64,000 nt of DNA from Actinomycetota bacterium (GCA_003164955.1 PLRW01000247.1:81403-145402); one strand, 5' to 3'; shown: positions 51,335 to 60,761, counted from the first letter of the stretch. Notes: generated by a model not told the origin, from the letters alone. Program-made: numbers and translations.

Positions 51335-52491
51335 GTCCCCGCCTCACCGTCTGGCTGGTCGATCGTGCCGCCGGCCGGGGGATCGTCGATCGTGCCGTCG
51401 GCCGGGGTATCGCCGTTATCCGGCGGGGCCTGCCCGGCGGCCCGGCCGGCCAGGCGGTGCTGCACCGCCTTACCCACGCCGTGGACAGCGAAGAGGGCCG
51501 CCGTCCCGGCCACCACGGTGAGCCCGATGTCGTTAGCCGTGGCCTCGACCCCGAAACCGTGCACGTCCGTGAGCGTCGAATAGAACGGCGTCATGGTGTC
51601 CCAGAAGTCCGGCTCCGCACAGCCGACACAGCCATGGCCCGCCTGAACCGGCCAGCTCGTCCCGGAGTTCCATCGCGTCGTCGGGCAGCTGTTGAACGTG
51701 TCCGGCCCCTTGCAGCCCAGCCGGTACAGGCACCAGCCATTAACGTGCCCCTCGTCACCGAACGCGAGCGCGAACTCGCCCGCGTCGTAGTGCGCCCGGC
51801 GTTCGCAGGCGTCGTGGATGCGGTTGCCGTAGGCGAACAGCGGCCGGCCGAGCCCGTCTGCGGCGGGCAGCGAACCGAAGCTCAGGAAGTGCACGATCGT
51901 CGCCGCGATGTTGTCCGCCACCGGCGGGCAGCCGGAGACGTTCACGAGCGGCTTCCCGGCGATGACATCGCCCACACTGGCCGCGGACGTGGGATTGGGC
52001 CGGGCCTTGGGAATCCCGCCGAAGGTAGCGCACGTTCCGACCGCGAGAATAGCCGCGCAGCCGCGCGCGGCCTCGGTCAGTATGTCGGTGGCGGACCGGC
52101 CGCCGATCGTGCAGGCGCCGACATCACTCGGGATCGATCCCTCGACCACGAGCAGATAGCCCGGTTCCGCCATGGCGGACGACAGTGCCGCCTCGGCCTG
52201 GGTCCCGGCCGCTGCCATCACCGTCTCCTGGTAGTCGAGCGAGACCAGGTCCAGAATCAGCCGGCCGACGTCCGGGTCGCTCGAGCGCAGGAACGACTCT
52301 GTGCAGCCGGTGCAGCCCTGGAACTCCAGCCACACCACCCGCGGCTTGCCCGGCGCGGCCAGCGCTCTGGCGACGGTCGGCGTGAGGGACGGCGGGAGCG
52401 CCAGAGCGGCGGTGAGGGTCCCGCAGTAGACCAGGAACCGTCGCCGGCTCACCTTGTGCGCGCGAAGCGTCCCGAGAAACTCCTCGGACAT
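51331..52491 (-). CDS. [NiFe] hydrogenase small subunit, Tat-exported, C-terminal membrane anchor
   Basis: Start at MSEEF (ATG 52491). Tat motif SRRRFLVY. GCTGCTES, GTCA.FGG, GCPP, and distal-cluster Cys/His motifs. TM segment IGLTVVAGTAALFAVHGVG. Confidence 0.9.
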   Translation of the reverse strand: MSEEFLGTLRAHKVSRRRFLVYCGTLTAALALPPSLTPTVARALAAPGKPRVVWLEFQGCTGCTESFLRSSDPDVGRLILDLVSLDYQETVMAAAGTQAEAALSSAMAEPGYLLVVEGSIPSDVGACTIGGRSATDILTEAARGCAAILAVGTCATFGGIPKARPNPTSAASVGDVIAGKPLVNVSGCPPVADNIAATIVHFLSFGSLPAADGLGRPLFAYGNRIHDACERRAHYDAGEFALAFGDEGHVNGWCLYRLGCKGPDTFNSCPTTRWNSGTSWPVQAGHGCVGCAEPDFWDTMTPFYSTLTDVHGFGVEATANDIGLTVVAGTAALFAVHGVGKAVQHRLAGRAAGQAPPDNGDTPADGTIDDPPAGGTIDQPDGEAGT

Positions 52492-52821
52492 GTCGATATC
52501 GCACGGCTCAGAATCAGTATTTGCCTGGCCCTCGTCCTGCGGGGCAGGTAATGCGCCCGGCTTCCGGACGAATGGGAACCCGAGTGATACGACTCGCTGC
52601 GCCATCGCGCTCTCCCGTCAGGGGACGTCCTTGAACTAGGCCCCCCACCAAGGTCCGGAGCAACAGATGCCGTCGCCACAAGCGTCAGCAGGACGCCAGA
52701 AACGGGACATTTTTACGTTACGGTCACGTTACGCCAGCCCGGATATTCACACCAGGCCTGCACGACGAGCTTCCCGGTGCATGCGCGTGAGCGGTGCCGA
52801 TGGCGGCCGGCCGGTAGCCGG

Positions 52822-55341
52822 TCAGTGCGCCGGCAGGTAGACGCTGAACGTGGTCCCCTGGCCGAGGGTGCTTTCCACCGTGACGTGACCGCCGTGCAGT
52901 TCGGTGATCGCCTTCACGATGGACAGGCCCAGGCCGGTCCCCGGGAGCCCCGCGGTCCGTGCGTTGGAGGCCCGGACGAAGCGCCCGAAGAGCTGGCCGA
53001 TCTCTTCGGGCGGGATGCCGATACCGTTGTCGGCTACGTCGATCCGCCAGCCGCCACCGTCGTTGCCGCCGTCCCAGATCGCATCGACCCGGACCAGGCC
53101 GTTGGACCCGGAGAACTTGACCGCATTGACGATCAGGTTGTCGATGACCTGAGCCAGCCGCGCGCGGTCGGCCTGGATCAGCGGTCCCTCATCGGCGGAG
53201 AAGTGGACGGTGACCCCGTGCTTCGTCGCCCGGGCCGAGGCGGCGCGAGCCGCCTCGCCTGCCACCTCGGGGACGGACACCGGCTCAAGCTCCAGCGGAA
53301 CGGCCCCCGACTCGAGCTTGCTCAGCAGCAGCAGATCGCCGACCAGACGGAGCAGCCGGTGCGCGTTCCGCTCGATGATGTCGAGGAACTGGGCGCCGTC
53401 GGCGGTGAGCGCCTGGGTTTCCGCCCGCATCAGCTCGCTGAAGGACACGATCGACGTGAGCGGTGTGCGCAGCTCGTGCGACACGGTAGCGATGAAGACG
53501 GTTTTAGCGTGGTCGAGCTCGCGCAGCTTCTCGTTCTGCAACTCCAGCTGCCGTCGGCCCATCTCCGCCGCGTGGCGCCCGACGAGCTCGGCCTCGAGCA
53601 ATCGCTCGCGCTGCTCCTCCAGCTGCTTGCGCTCCGTTATGTCCCCGACCATCCAGAGATCACCGCGGTAGCGGCCGCCGACCGCCACCGGCCAGTAGGT
53701 ACATTCCAGGGTGCGGCCGTCCGCGCATGCGATCTGCTCACCCGCCACCGGCTGACGTGCGCTGAAAGCCTTGGCCGTGCGGCGGACGTATTCGTCCGGA
53801 TCGGCGAACATCTGCTTGATCCGGAGCACCAGGTCTCTGGCGGCCGTCCCCACGAGATGGTCCGGTGATTCCATCCCGTGCATGGTGGCGAAACTCTGGT
53901 TGACGTGGGTGATCCGGCCCTCCTCGTTGGTGAAGAGCACGCCGGGGATCGCGTTCGTGATCAGGCAGTTGAGGCGCTCGGTCTGGTCGGCTAGACCAAG
54001 GCGGGCGGCCTGTTCGGCCGCCAGCAGCCGTTCCCGCTCGGCTGCCGTCCGCTTGACATCGGAGATGTCGGTGAGGGTCACCAGGAATCCCAGCGGGGCC
54101 GCGTCGGCGGCACCAAGCGCCATCGCGGAGGCCTGGACCCAGATGTCGCCGCCGTCCGCCGAGCGCAGCCGGAATTCGGTTCGCGTCTCCGACTTCCCGG
54201 CGCGCATATCACGCGCCACCCGTGCACGGTCATCGGGAAGGACGAGATCCAGCCAGTCCATCACAGGAGCATCGTCCGGCCGGACCCCGGTGATCGCGCA
54301 CCAGCGATCGTTGACGAAGACGGTCCGTCCGTCGGCACCGGCTTGCATGATACCGACCGGCGCCAGCTGGGCGAGCAGCCGGAAGCGTTCTTTGGTCTCG
54401 GCGACGGCCGCCTCGGAATGCTCGAGCTCGGCGAGGTCCCGGAAGAACCCGCAGAAATAAGTCTCGCCGTCCCGGGTCAGTTCCGCGGCCATCAGCTCGA
54501 CGCTGCGTTCCGTGCCGTCGGCGCACAGCAGCGGCACCCGCACCCGGCCGGCGTACTTACCCCGGTCACCCGTCGCCAGGTGCTGTTCGGTGAACGCCAC
54601 GAACGCGGCACGTTCCCGTTCGGGGATCAGGAGACCCGTCATCTCCTCGCCCAGCACGTCGTCGCGCCGGTAGCCGGACAGTTCCTCGGCCGCGGGGTTG
54701 AACGCCACGAGCCGCCGGCCGGAGTCCATGGCGATGATCGCATCGGGCGAGCCGGCGATCAGCGTCTGGGCCAGCGCCTGCTGATCGGCGAGGCCGGCTG
54801 TATCGTTGGCGTGGCGGATCTGGGCCGCGACGGCGGCGGCCACGGCGTTCAGCACGGCCCGGGTTTCGGTGTCCCACTCCGGAGTGTCCCCGACGAGGGC
54901 GATCGCGCACAGGCACTGACCGCCGACCGGCGCGGAATATGCCACCAGGGCGCTCGGGCCGGGGCCCCCCGGTCCCAGCGGCGCCTGGACGGAGCCGTCG
55001 CCCGCCACGCCGTCAGGGGATGTGCTCAGCGCGCCGACCCGGCTGAGCAGCGTCCGGTCACCGGCGGCATCGGCCGGATGGGCCGCCAGCACCACCGGTG
55101 GCGGCCCGGTCCCCGGCTGAAAGGCCAGTGCGCAGCGGCCGGAAAAGGCCGTGACGAGCCGGGCGAGAACCACCGGCAGGGCGTCGAGCGAGTCGTTCTG
55201 CAGGACCTGCTCAATCGCGAACGCCACGACAGCGACCGGTGCGTCCGGCCGGCTCTGATGGTTCACGGCCAGATCCGGGGCCGGCCTGGATCGAGATGCC
55301 CCCATGGCGTCGCGCTGTCCCCCACCCCTGTTACTGCCCAT
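52822..55341 (-). CDS. multi-sensor (GAF + 3 PAS) histidine kinase
   Basis: 839 aa. Three PAS cores (DAIIAMD..., PVGIMQA..., IPGVLFTN...). HisKA VSHELRTPLTSI. HATPase GTGLGLSIVK. No response regulator adjacent. Confidence 0.85.
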   Translation of the reverse strand: MGSNRGGGQRDAMGASRSRPAPDLAVNHQSRPDAPVAVVAFAIEQVLQNDSLDALPVVLARLVTAFSGRCALAFQPGTGPPPVVLAAHPADAAGDRTLLSRVGALSTSPDGVAGDGSVQAPLGPGGPGPSALVAYSAPVGGQCLCAIALVGDTPEWDTETRAVLNAVAAAVAAQIRHANDTAGLADQQALAQTLIAGSPDAIIAMDSGRRLVAFNPAAEELSGYRRDDVLGEEMTGLLIPERERAAFVAFTEQHLATGDRGKYAGRVRVPLLCADGTERSVELMAAELTRDGETYFCGFFRDLAELEHSEAAVAETKERFRLLAQLAPVGIMQAGADGRTVFVNDRWCAITGVRPDDAPVMDWLDLVLPDDRARVARDMRAGKSETRTEFRLRSADGGDIWVQASAMALGAADAAPLGFLVTLTDISDVKRTAAERERLLAAEQAARLGLADQTERLNCLITNAIPGVLFTNEEGRITHVNQSFATMHGMESPDHLVGTAARDLVLRIKQMFADPDEYVRRTAKAFSARQPVAGEQIACADGRTLECTYWPVAVGGRYRGDLWMVGDITERKQLEEQRERLLEAELVGRHAAEMGRRQLELQNEKLRELDHAKTVFIATVSHELRTPLTSIVSFSELMRAETQALTADGAQFLDIIERNAHRLLRLVGDLLLLSKLESGAVPLELEPVSVPEVAGEAARAASARATKHGVTVHFSADEGPLIQADRARLAQVIDNLIVNAVKFSGSNGLVRVDAIWDGGNDGGGWRIDVADNGIGIPPEEIGQLFGRFVRASNARTAGLPGTGLGLSIVKAITELHGGHVTVESTLGQGTTFSVYLPAH

Positions 55342-55483
55342 TCCGCGGCATCGTCGCGCCGACCGGACGCGGCTCCCCCCGCCGCACTAAACCGTTACTA
55401 CCCGATTACGGATCGTTAAACCAGCCCAGCCGTCGATGAGCGGCCGCCGACGGGCCCGCACGGGTGCGTTGGCCCTGGCCGGA

Positions 55484-55750
55484 GTTCAGATATACGTCAA
55501 CTGACGGATGTTTTGCTCTGCAACTTGCATGACACTTTCTTTGCAAGTGACGGCGACAGCGCAGGGAGGCCCGGACGTTGGACGCTGGCCGGCTGCGGGA
55601 AAGCTTCGCCCAGGTCGCGGCCCAGGGTGACGAGCTACCCCTGTTCTTCTACTCCGACCTGTTCCTCAAGCATCCGGAGGTGCGGGGCATGTTCCCCGTC
55701 TCGGGGGCGGCGCAGCGCAGCCACCTCGTCCACGCGCTGGCGAAGATCGT
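55484..55750 (+). repeat. copy A of an inverted duplication: flavohaemoglobin promoter region + first ~58 codons (globin fragment from TTG 55578)
   Basis: Aligns by eye to the reverse complement of 63601-63261. One 63-nt stretch has a single mismatch, and about 74 nt are present only in copy B. Encodes LDAGRLRESFAQVAAQGDELPLFFYSDLFLKHPEVRGMFPVSGAAQRSHLVHALAKIV. Confidence 0.85.
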
Positions 55751-57071
55751 GGAAGCTGGGCCATGTCCGCTCGCCCAGCGGCGGGTGGCGGTAGAAGTTC
55801 GGCGTTTGGTCGAAATCCTCGTAGGTGCGGTGGAAGACCGGGGTCGCGGAGGATGCGGCAGGCGGCACGATCCAGGTCCAGTCGGCCGGGCACGCCCGGC
55901 CGTGCCGTTCCTCCCGCTCTATGTGCTGGAGAAAGCGGACCGACTCGGTGTGATGGTCGGTGATCGTGACGCCGGCGGTGCTGAACGAATCAAGGACCGC
56001 AACGTTGAGCTCGGTCATTGCCCTGTCTTTCCACAGGTTCCGGTCGCTGGTCACCGAAAGGCCCATATGCGCGGCGATCACCGCCAGCTGGTCGTAACGG
56101 CCACTGTCGCCGAGGTCACGCGATCCGATCTCGGTGCCCATGTACCAGCCGTTGAACGGCGCGGCGGGGTAACAGATGCCGCCGATCTCCAGGTACATGT
56201 CGCTGATGACCGGCACGGCGTACCATCGCAGCCCGAGGTTGGCGAACCAGCGAAACTCCGGATGCTCGATCGGTATCTCGAGTACCGCGTCGGCGGGTAT
56301 CTCGTGCACCGTGACGGGCGCGCCCGCCTCCTGCACGAGCAACGGAAGTACGTCGAACCGGCCGGCTGGCCGCCTGCCCGGCCAGCCGAGATCGTAGGCA
56401 AGCCGGGTGAGGCCGGTATTCGCCGGGTCCCCGATGACGGCGCCGTAGCCTGTCTCGTAGCCCGCGTACCGAACGAGCTGGGAGTTGAGGATCCGCGGTC
56501 CTGGCCGATCCGGCGCGTCCGGGGCGAACACGGTGATCACCGGCCGGATCCGGCCACCGTTAGTCGCCTCGCGCAGGTGCGTGACCGACTCGGCGGCGAT
56601 GTCCGGTGCCGCGGTGACCTCGCGGCAGTCTCGCACCCGGAGGCTCCGCCAGTAGAGCCGCCCGATACATCGCGAACTGTTCCGCCAGGCAACACGCGCG
56701 CCAAATTCCAGCTCAGCCGGGGTGTGCCAGTACGTGCCCGACGTCTCGATCCGGCGGCGAACGTGCCAGAGCCGCCGGTCGGGGGCCCCGAGGCGGTTCT
56801 CGCGGTAGAACAGCGTGATGAACTGCTCGGCGCTGGCCAGCAGGCTGTCGAGGGCGGACGGGCCATAGCCTGCCGAGGACCACTCAGCGGGCATCGGGGC
56901 CACGTCAGCGGCGAAGCCGGTCCCAGCTTCGCCCCCAGCCACCGGGCAGGCACTCGGGGGCGGGAACGCCGGCGACCGATCGCCCGGCTCCGGACCGAGG
57001 GCGCGGTCCCGCGGCCGGCCCCGGCCAGGAATACGCCAGCGCGAATCCGAAGGAACTTGGTTCAGGTCCAC
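55635..57071 (-). CDS. nos: bacterial nitric-oxide synthase oxygenase domain protein, with ~65-aa N-terminal and chimeric C-terminal extensions
   Basis: 478 aa. Haem-thiolate motif WRNSSRCIGRLYW, plus ...RPVITVF..., FNGWYMGTEIGSRD, ITDHHT, CPADWTWIVPP.S.S.TPVFH. GTG start has GGGAGG 5 nt upstream. Confidence 0.9.
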   Translation of the reverse strand: MDLNQVPSDSRWRIPGRGRPRDRALGPEPGDRSPAFPPPSACPVAGGEAGTGFAADVAPMPAEWSSAGYGPSALDSLLASAEQFITLFYRENRLGAPDRRLWHVRRRIETSGTYWHTPAELEFGARVAWRNSSRCIGRLYWRSLRVRDCREVTAAPDIAAESVTHLREATNGGRIRPVITVFAPDAPDRPGPRILNSQLVRYAGYETGYGAVIGDPANTGLTRLAYDLGWPGRRPAGRFDVLPLLVQEAGAPVTVHEIPADAVLEIPIEHPEFRWFANLGLRWYAVPVISDMYLEIGGICYPAAPFNGWYMGTEIGSRDLGDSGRYDQLAVIAAHMGLSVTSDRNLWKDRAMTELNVAVLDSFSTAGVTITDHHTESVRFLQHIEREERHGRACPADWTWIVPPAASSATPVFHRTYEDFDQTPNFYRHPPLGERTWPSFHDLRQRVDEVAALRRPRDGEHAPHLRMLEEQVGVEEQG

Positions 57072-57212
57072 GGAGACCTCCCCGGTAGCCCCGAGGTGCT
57101 GCGCCCCTCAATAGCGGGCAGCCAGCGACTTGCGGCTACCTCCGATGGCAGCACGATCGTGTACTACCAGCCTGGGTGGTCATCCTGCCCTTGCCTTGAC
57201 GTCTACCTTGCA

Positions 57213-57323
57213 CCCCAGGTCACGGCACCCCAGGTCGCGGCGCAAGCGGGCACGGCAGGTCGCGGCGCAAGCGGGGGCCAGCGGCGGCCGGCAGATCGCA
57301 GCGCAAGCGGGGGCCAGCGGCGG
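57213..57323. repeat. nested direct repeats between the SARP stop and the NOS start
   Basis: CCCCAGGTCRCGGC x2 (57213, 57228). CAGGTCGCGGCGCAAGCGGG x2 (57231, 57256). GCGCAAGCGGGGGCCAGCGGCGG x2 (57265, 57301). Confidence 0.85.
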
Positions 57324-57332
57324 TACGCCGGA

Positions 57333-60300
57333 CTAGGAAACGCGGATGGCGAAGGCGGGGTCGATGGTCTCCATGCGTATCCGCACTGACGCTGCCTCTG
57401 GCAGGCCGAGCCGTTCGAAGATGTCCAGCGCCTGCCTGAAGACAATCCGCGCCGTATCGGACCCCTGGGTGCTGAGTGTGGATTCCGCGATTCCCTCGAG
57501 AATCTTGCCTTCTTCGTACGGGTCGCCGATCTCCCTGGCCAGCCGGAGGGCGGCGTTGCAATGATCAAGTGCCTCGCCGAACCGGCCCGATCCGCGATAT
57601 ATGTCGGCAATCAGGCGCAGCGCGATCAGCTGCTGGGACAGGTTGCCGACATCCTCGGCGATCTCCCGCGCCTTCTGGTGATGAATAAGCGCCTCGTCGT
57701 CGCGTGCCGCGCTCTGGTAGATGGCACCGATGTCATTCAGCACCTCGGCTTCATCCGGAAGGTCTCCGATGTCACGGTATATCGCAAGCGCCTGCCGGAA
57801 GGCGGCAAGCGCTTCCTCGCAGCTGCCCTTGTAACGGTAGACGCTGCCGATGTTCTGGTGCAGGATCGCCTCGTTCTGCGCTCCGCCTATCTCGCGGAAT
57901 ATCTCCAGGGACTTCTGGTAGGCGTCGAGCGCGTCCCGATGGTAACCGTTGTACAGATGCACCCGGCCCAGGTTGTTGAGCACCTTCGCCTCCCCGCGCC
58001 GGTCGCCGGTCTCACGGTAGAGCGAAAGCGCGTCATGCATGTGGGTATTCGCCTCGGGGTAACGCCCCAGCTGCCAGCAGGCGACCCCGGAATGGCTCAG
58101 GGTGTCGGCCACTCCGCGCTGGTCCGCGGCGGCACCGTAAAGAATCTGTGCCTCGGAGAAATAGGCGAGTGCCTCACGGGCACGGGCTGTGCGCAGGTGA
58201 GCCATGCCTATCTGGTCGAGAGACCGGGCCTCGCCTCTCCGGTCGGACCGCGACCGGTAGATCGCTGCGGCCTCCTCAGCCAGGGAAATCGCCGGCTCGT
58301 GCTGCCCGGTCTGCTGCTGCACCGCGCTGAGCGCCAGCGCCGCCCGCGCGATCCTGGCCGGATCAGCGATATCGCGGCTGGCCTGCAGGGCAACGGTATG
58401 AGCTGTGGTCGCCTCATCCCAGTACGCGCTGATCTCCATGAAGTCAGCCAGCAGGTAGATGAGGTCGGCGCACTTCTGCTTCCATTCGTGCCGGCCCGCA
58501 TAGCGCGCGGCCTGCAGGATGTTGCGCCACTCCGATTCCAGCCAGCCGGCTGCGTCTTCCTGCGTACCGAGGGCCGGGCTGCCGGCCGGCATCTCGCCAG
58601 CCTCCTCGGCCACCCGGAGCGGGAACGGGTGCAGGACCCGGTCGGCCAGGCCGGCTGTGTGCAGGTAGTAATCAAGGAGCCTGCTCACGGCCTGCCTCTG
58701 CTCCGCCTCGGAATCATCACGCGCGGCGCGAGTGGCCGCATAGCCGCGGATCAGGTCGTGGAAGCGGAACTGATCGCCGGGGGCCGGCGCGAGCAGGTGA
58801 TGATCGAGCAGGGCAACGAGCGCCTTCTCCGCCTCGGCGAGGGTACAGCCGCCCAGAGCGGCCGCGGTGGGCAGGCTGAGGTAAGCGCACGGACTGACGC
58901 CCAGCCGCCGGAAGAACCTCTGATGGTCGGGCTCCAGCGCCCGGTAGGACAGATCGAAGGCGGCTATCACCTCCGGGTCCGCCGCGCCGGTGTCAGCCGG
59001 CCACGCCCGGGACTGCGACAGTTCGTCGATCAGGGCACCGAGACCGGGCGGGCCGTCCCGCGCGACCCGGCGGGCGGTGAGCTGGATCGCGAGCGGCAGC
59101 CGCCCGCACAGTCTTACGGCCGCCGCGATCTGATCCGCGTCAGCGGCCCGGCTCTCGCCGGCCAGCCGCCGGAACAACGTGATGGCCTCGCCGACGGACA
59201 GCACGTCGAGGGTCAGCGAACGGGCGCTGCCGAAGTCGGGAAGCCTCCGCCGGGTGGTGATCAAGATCAGGCACTGGCCCGCCACCGGCAGGAGCGGGCC
59301 GATCTGGTCATGCCCGGCCGCGTCGTCCAGGATCACGACGGCGCGGCGACGGCTCAGGTGAGCCCGCCACAGCGCGGTGCGCTCGCCGATGGTTTCCGGT
59401 ATCTGCGCGGCCGGCACGGACAGCATCTGGAGCAGGCGGTGCAGTGCCTCGGCCGGGTCGAGCGAAGGGCTCCCGGGATCATGGGAATGAAGGTTGAGGT
59501 AGAGCATCCCGTCCGGGTACTGCCCCGAGACCAGGCGAGCCGCGCGGACGGCCAGCGTGGTCTTTCCCACGCCCGGCATGCCCTCGATAATGGCGATCCC
59601 GGGGATGCTGCCGTGCTCCCCGGTGAGCAGCCCGAGTTCTTCGTCGCGGCCCACGAACTCCGCCGTCTCGGGCGGAAGGGTGTCCGGCGATGCCGCCCGG
59701 GCCGAGCGCCGGCCGGAGGACCTGACGGCGAGCCCCGGGTCGTGGTCGAGGATGCGCTGATGCAGACCGGACAGCATCGCCCCCGGTTCTGTGCCCTGCT
59801 CCTCGATCAGGCGGCTGCGGGTTTGCCGGTAAAGGCTCAGTGCGTCGGCCGGCCTACCGCTCCGGAAAAGAGCGGTCATCTGGTGGGCGGCGAGCGTTTC
59901 ATCCAATGGGTACTGAACCAGCAGATAGTTGAGTTCACCCACCAGATCGGCGTGCCGGCCAAGCTCCAGCTCGCACGCGACTCGCTCGAGAATGGCCGCC
60001 CGGCGCTCCTCCTCGAGAGCGTCCCGCATTCGCGCTACCCAGTCGCCGCGGATCCCGCCCAGCGCCTGGCCCCGCCAGAGCCCGTCCGCCTCGCGCAGCA
60101 GCCCGGCTGCCTGTTCGTAGTCGCCGCTTGCGGCGACGGCATCCGCCTGCCGGCGCAGCCGGCGGAACTGATGCACGTCGACCGCCTCGGGATCGACTTC
60201 CAGCATGTAGCCCTGCGCACGCCCCACCAGATGGACGCTGTCTGCCACGGCCTGCCGGAGTGACGCCCGGAGCCTGGCCACGTAAACCGTAAGGCTATCC

Positions 60301-60476
60301 CTCGCCTTTGGCGGGGGCCGCGTATCCCACAGCCGGTCGATGAGAGTCTCGGCCGGGACTATCGCGTGCGGCGTCAGCAGGAGCATGGCCAGGATGGAGC
60401 GCGCCCTGGCGCGCCCAAGATCCTGCCGCCGTCCAGCCGACCAGAGCTCAATCGGTCCGAGGACCCGGAATTCCAT
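57333..60476 (-). CDS. AfsR/SARP family regulator (OmpR-type wHTH + BTAD + NB-ARC + TPR)
   Basis: Start at MEFRVLGPIELW (ATG 60476). BTAD (YPLDETLAAHQMTALFRSGRPADAL). P-loop GMPGVGKTTLA. Long C-terminal TPR array. Confidence 0.9.
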   Translation of the reverse strand: MEFRVLGPIELWSAGRRQDLGRARARSILAMLLLTPHAIVPAETLIDRLWDTRPPPKARDSLTVYVARLRASLRQAVADSVHLVGRAQGYMLEVDPEAVDVHQFRRLRRQADAVAASGDYEQAAGLLREADGLWRGQALGGIRGDWVARMRDALEEERRAAILERVACELELGRHADLVGELNYLLVQYPLDETLAAHQMTALFRSGRPADALSLYRQTRSRLIEEQGTEPGAMLSGLHQRILDHDPGLAVRSSGRRSARAASPDTLPPETAEFVGRDEELGLLTGEHGSIPGIAIIEGMPGVGKTTLAVRAARLVSGQYPDGMLYLNLHSHDPGSPSLDPAEALHRLLQMLSVPAAQIPETIGERTALWRAHLSRRRAVVILDDAAGHDQIGPLLPVAGQCLILITTRRRLPDFGSARSLTLDVLSVGEAITLFRRLAGESRAADADQIAAAVRLCGRLPLAIQLTARRVARDGPPGLGALIDELSQSRAWPADTGAADPEVIAAFDLSYRALEPDHQRFFRRLGVSPCAYLSLPTAAALGGCTLAEAEKALVALLDHHLLAPAPGDQFRFHDLIRGYAATRAARDDSEAEQRQAVSRLLDYYLHTAGLADRVLHPFPLRVAEEAGEMPAGSPALGTQEDAAGWLESEWRNILQAARYAGRHEWKQKCADLIYLLADFMEISAYWDEATTAHTVALQASRDIADPARIARAALALSAVQQQTGQHEPAISLAEEAAAIYRSRSDRRGEARSLDQIGMAHLRTARAREALAYFSEAQILYGAAADQRGVADTLSHSGVACWQLGRYPEANTHMHDALSLYRETGDRRGEAKVLNNLGRVHLYNGYHRDALDAYQKSLEIFREIGGAQNEAILHQNIGSVYRYKGSCEEALAAFRQALAIYRDIGDLPDEAEVLNDIGAIYQSAARDDEALIHHQKAREIAEDVGNLSQQLIALRLIADIYRGSGRFGEALDHCNAALRLAREIGDPYEEGKILEGIAESTLSTQGSDTARIVFRQALDIFERLGLPEAASVRIRMETIDPAFAIRVS

Positions 60477-60689
60477 GATCGCCTTGCATCTACTACCGCC
60501 GTCGATAGATTGCAGCTGATATCCGAACGGGATTGCGTCGACGCATCCCGCTGCGCTAATACCCAGTGTCGGCATTTCTCACCCGCATCCAGAGAGAATT
60601 AGCGGAGCAACAAAGTTACCACGCCTCTGCCGTTGGCTTGCGACGCAACTTTCACGGCAATCCCCACGCCCATCGGCAGGCGGTCCGCC

Positions 60690-60761
60690 TGCCCGCGTGT
60701 TTGCCCGCGTGTTTGCCTGCGCGCCTGCCCAGAAACTTTGTCCGCGCGTCTGCCCAGAAAC
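60690..60761. promoter_or_regulatory. six direct TGCC-headed repeats with 12-13 nt periodicity in the SARP / small-ORF divergent region
   Basis: TGCCCGCGTGTT TGCCCGCGTGTT TGCCTGCGCGCC TGCCCAGAAACT TTGTCCGCGCGTC TGCCCAGAAAC. Confidence 0.45.

Noticed and set aside
57561-60263. The 900-aa plus-strand ORF opposite the SARP gene. Similar cases: 49652..51583 opposite the hydrogenase large subunit, 55578..57389 beyond codon 58 opposite nos, 42798..44057 opposite the binding-protein gene, 45215..46345, 499..2058 and 81..617
   Set aside because: All are antisense or out of frame to genes with strong family signatures. None shows any recognisable motif. This is a high-GC open-frame artefact.
57333-60476. 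bldA-dependent TTA codons in the SARP gene
   Set aside because: I checked every TAA triplet on the plus strand within the gene, and none falls in the reading frame.
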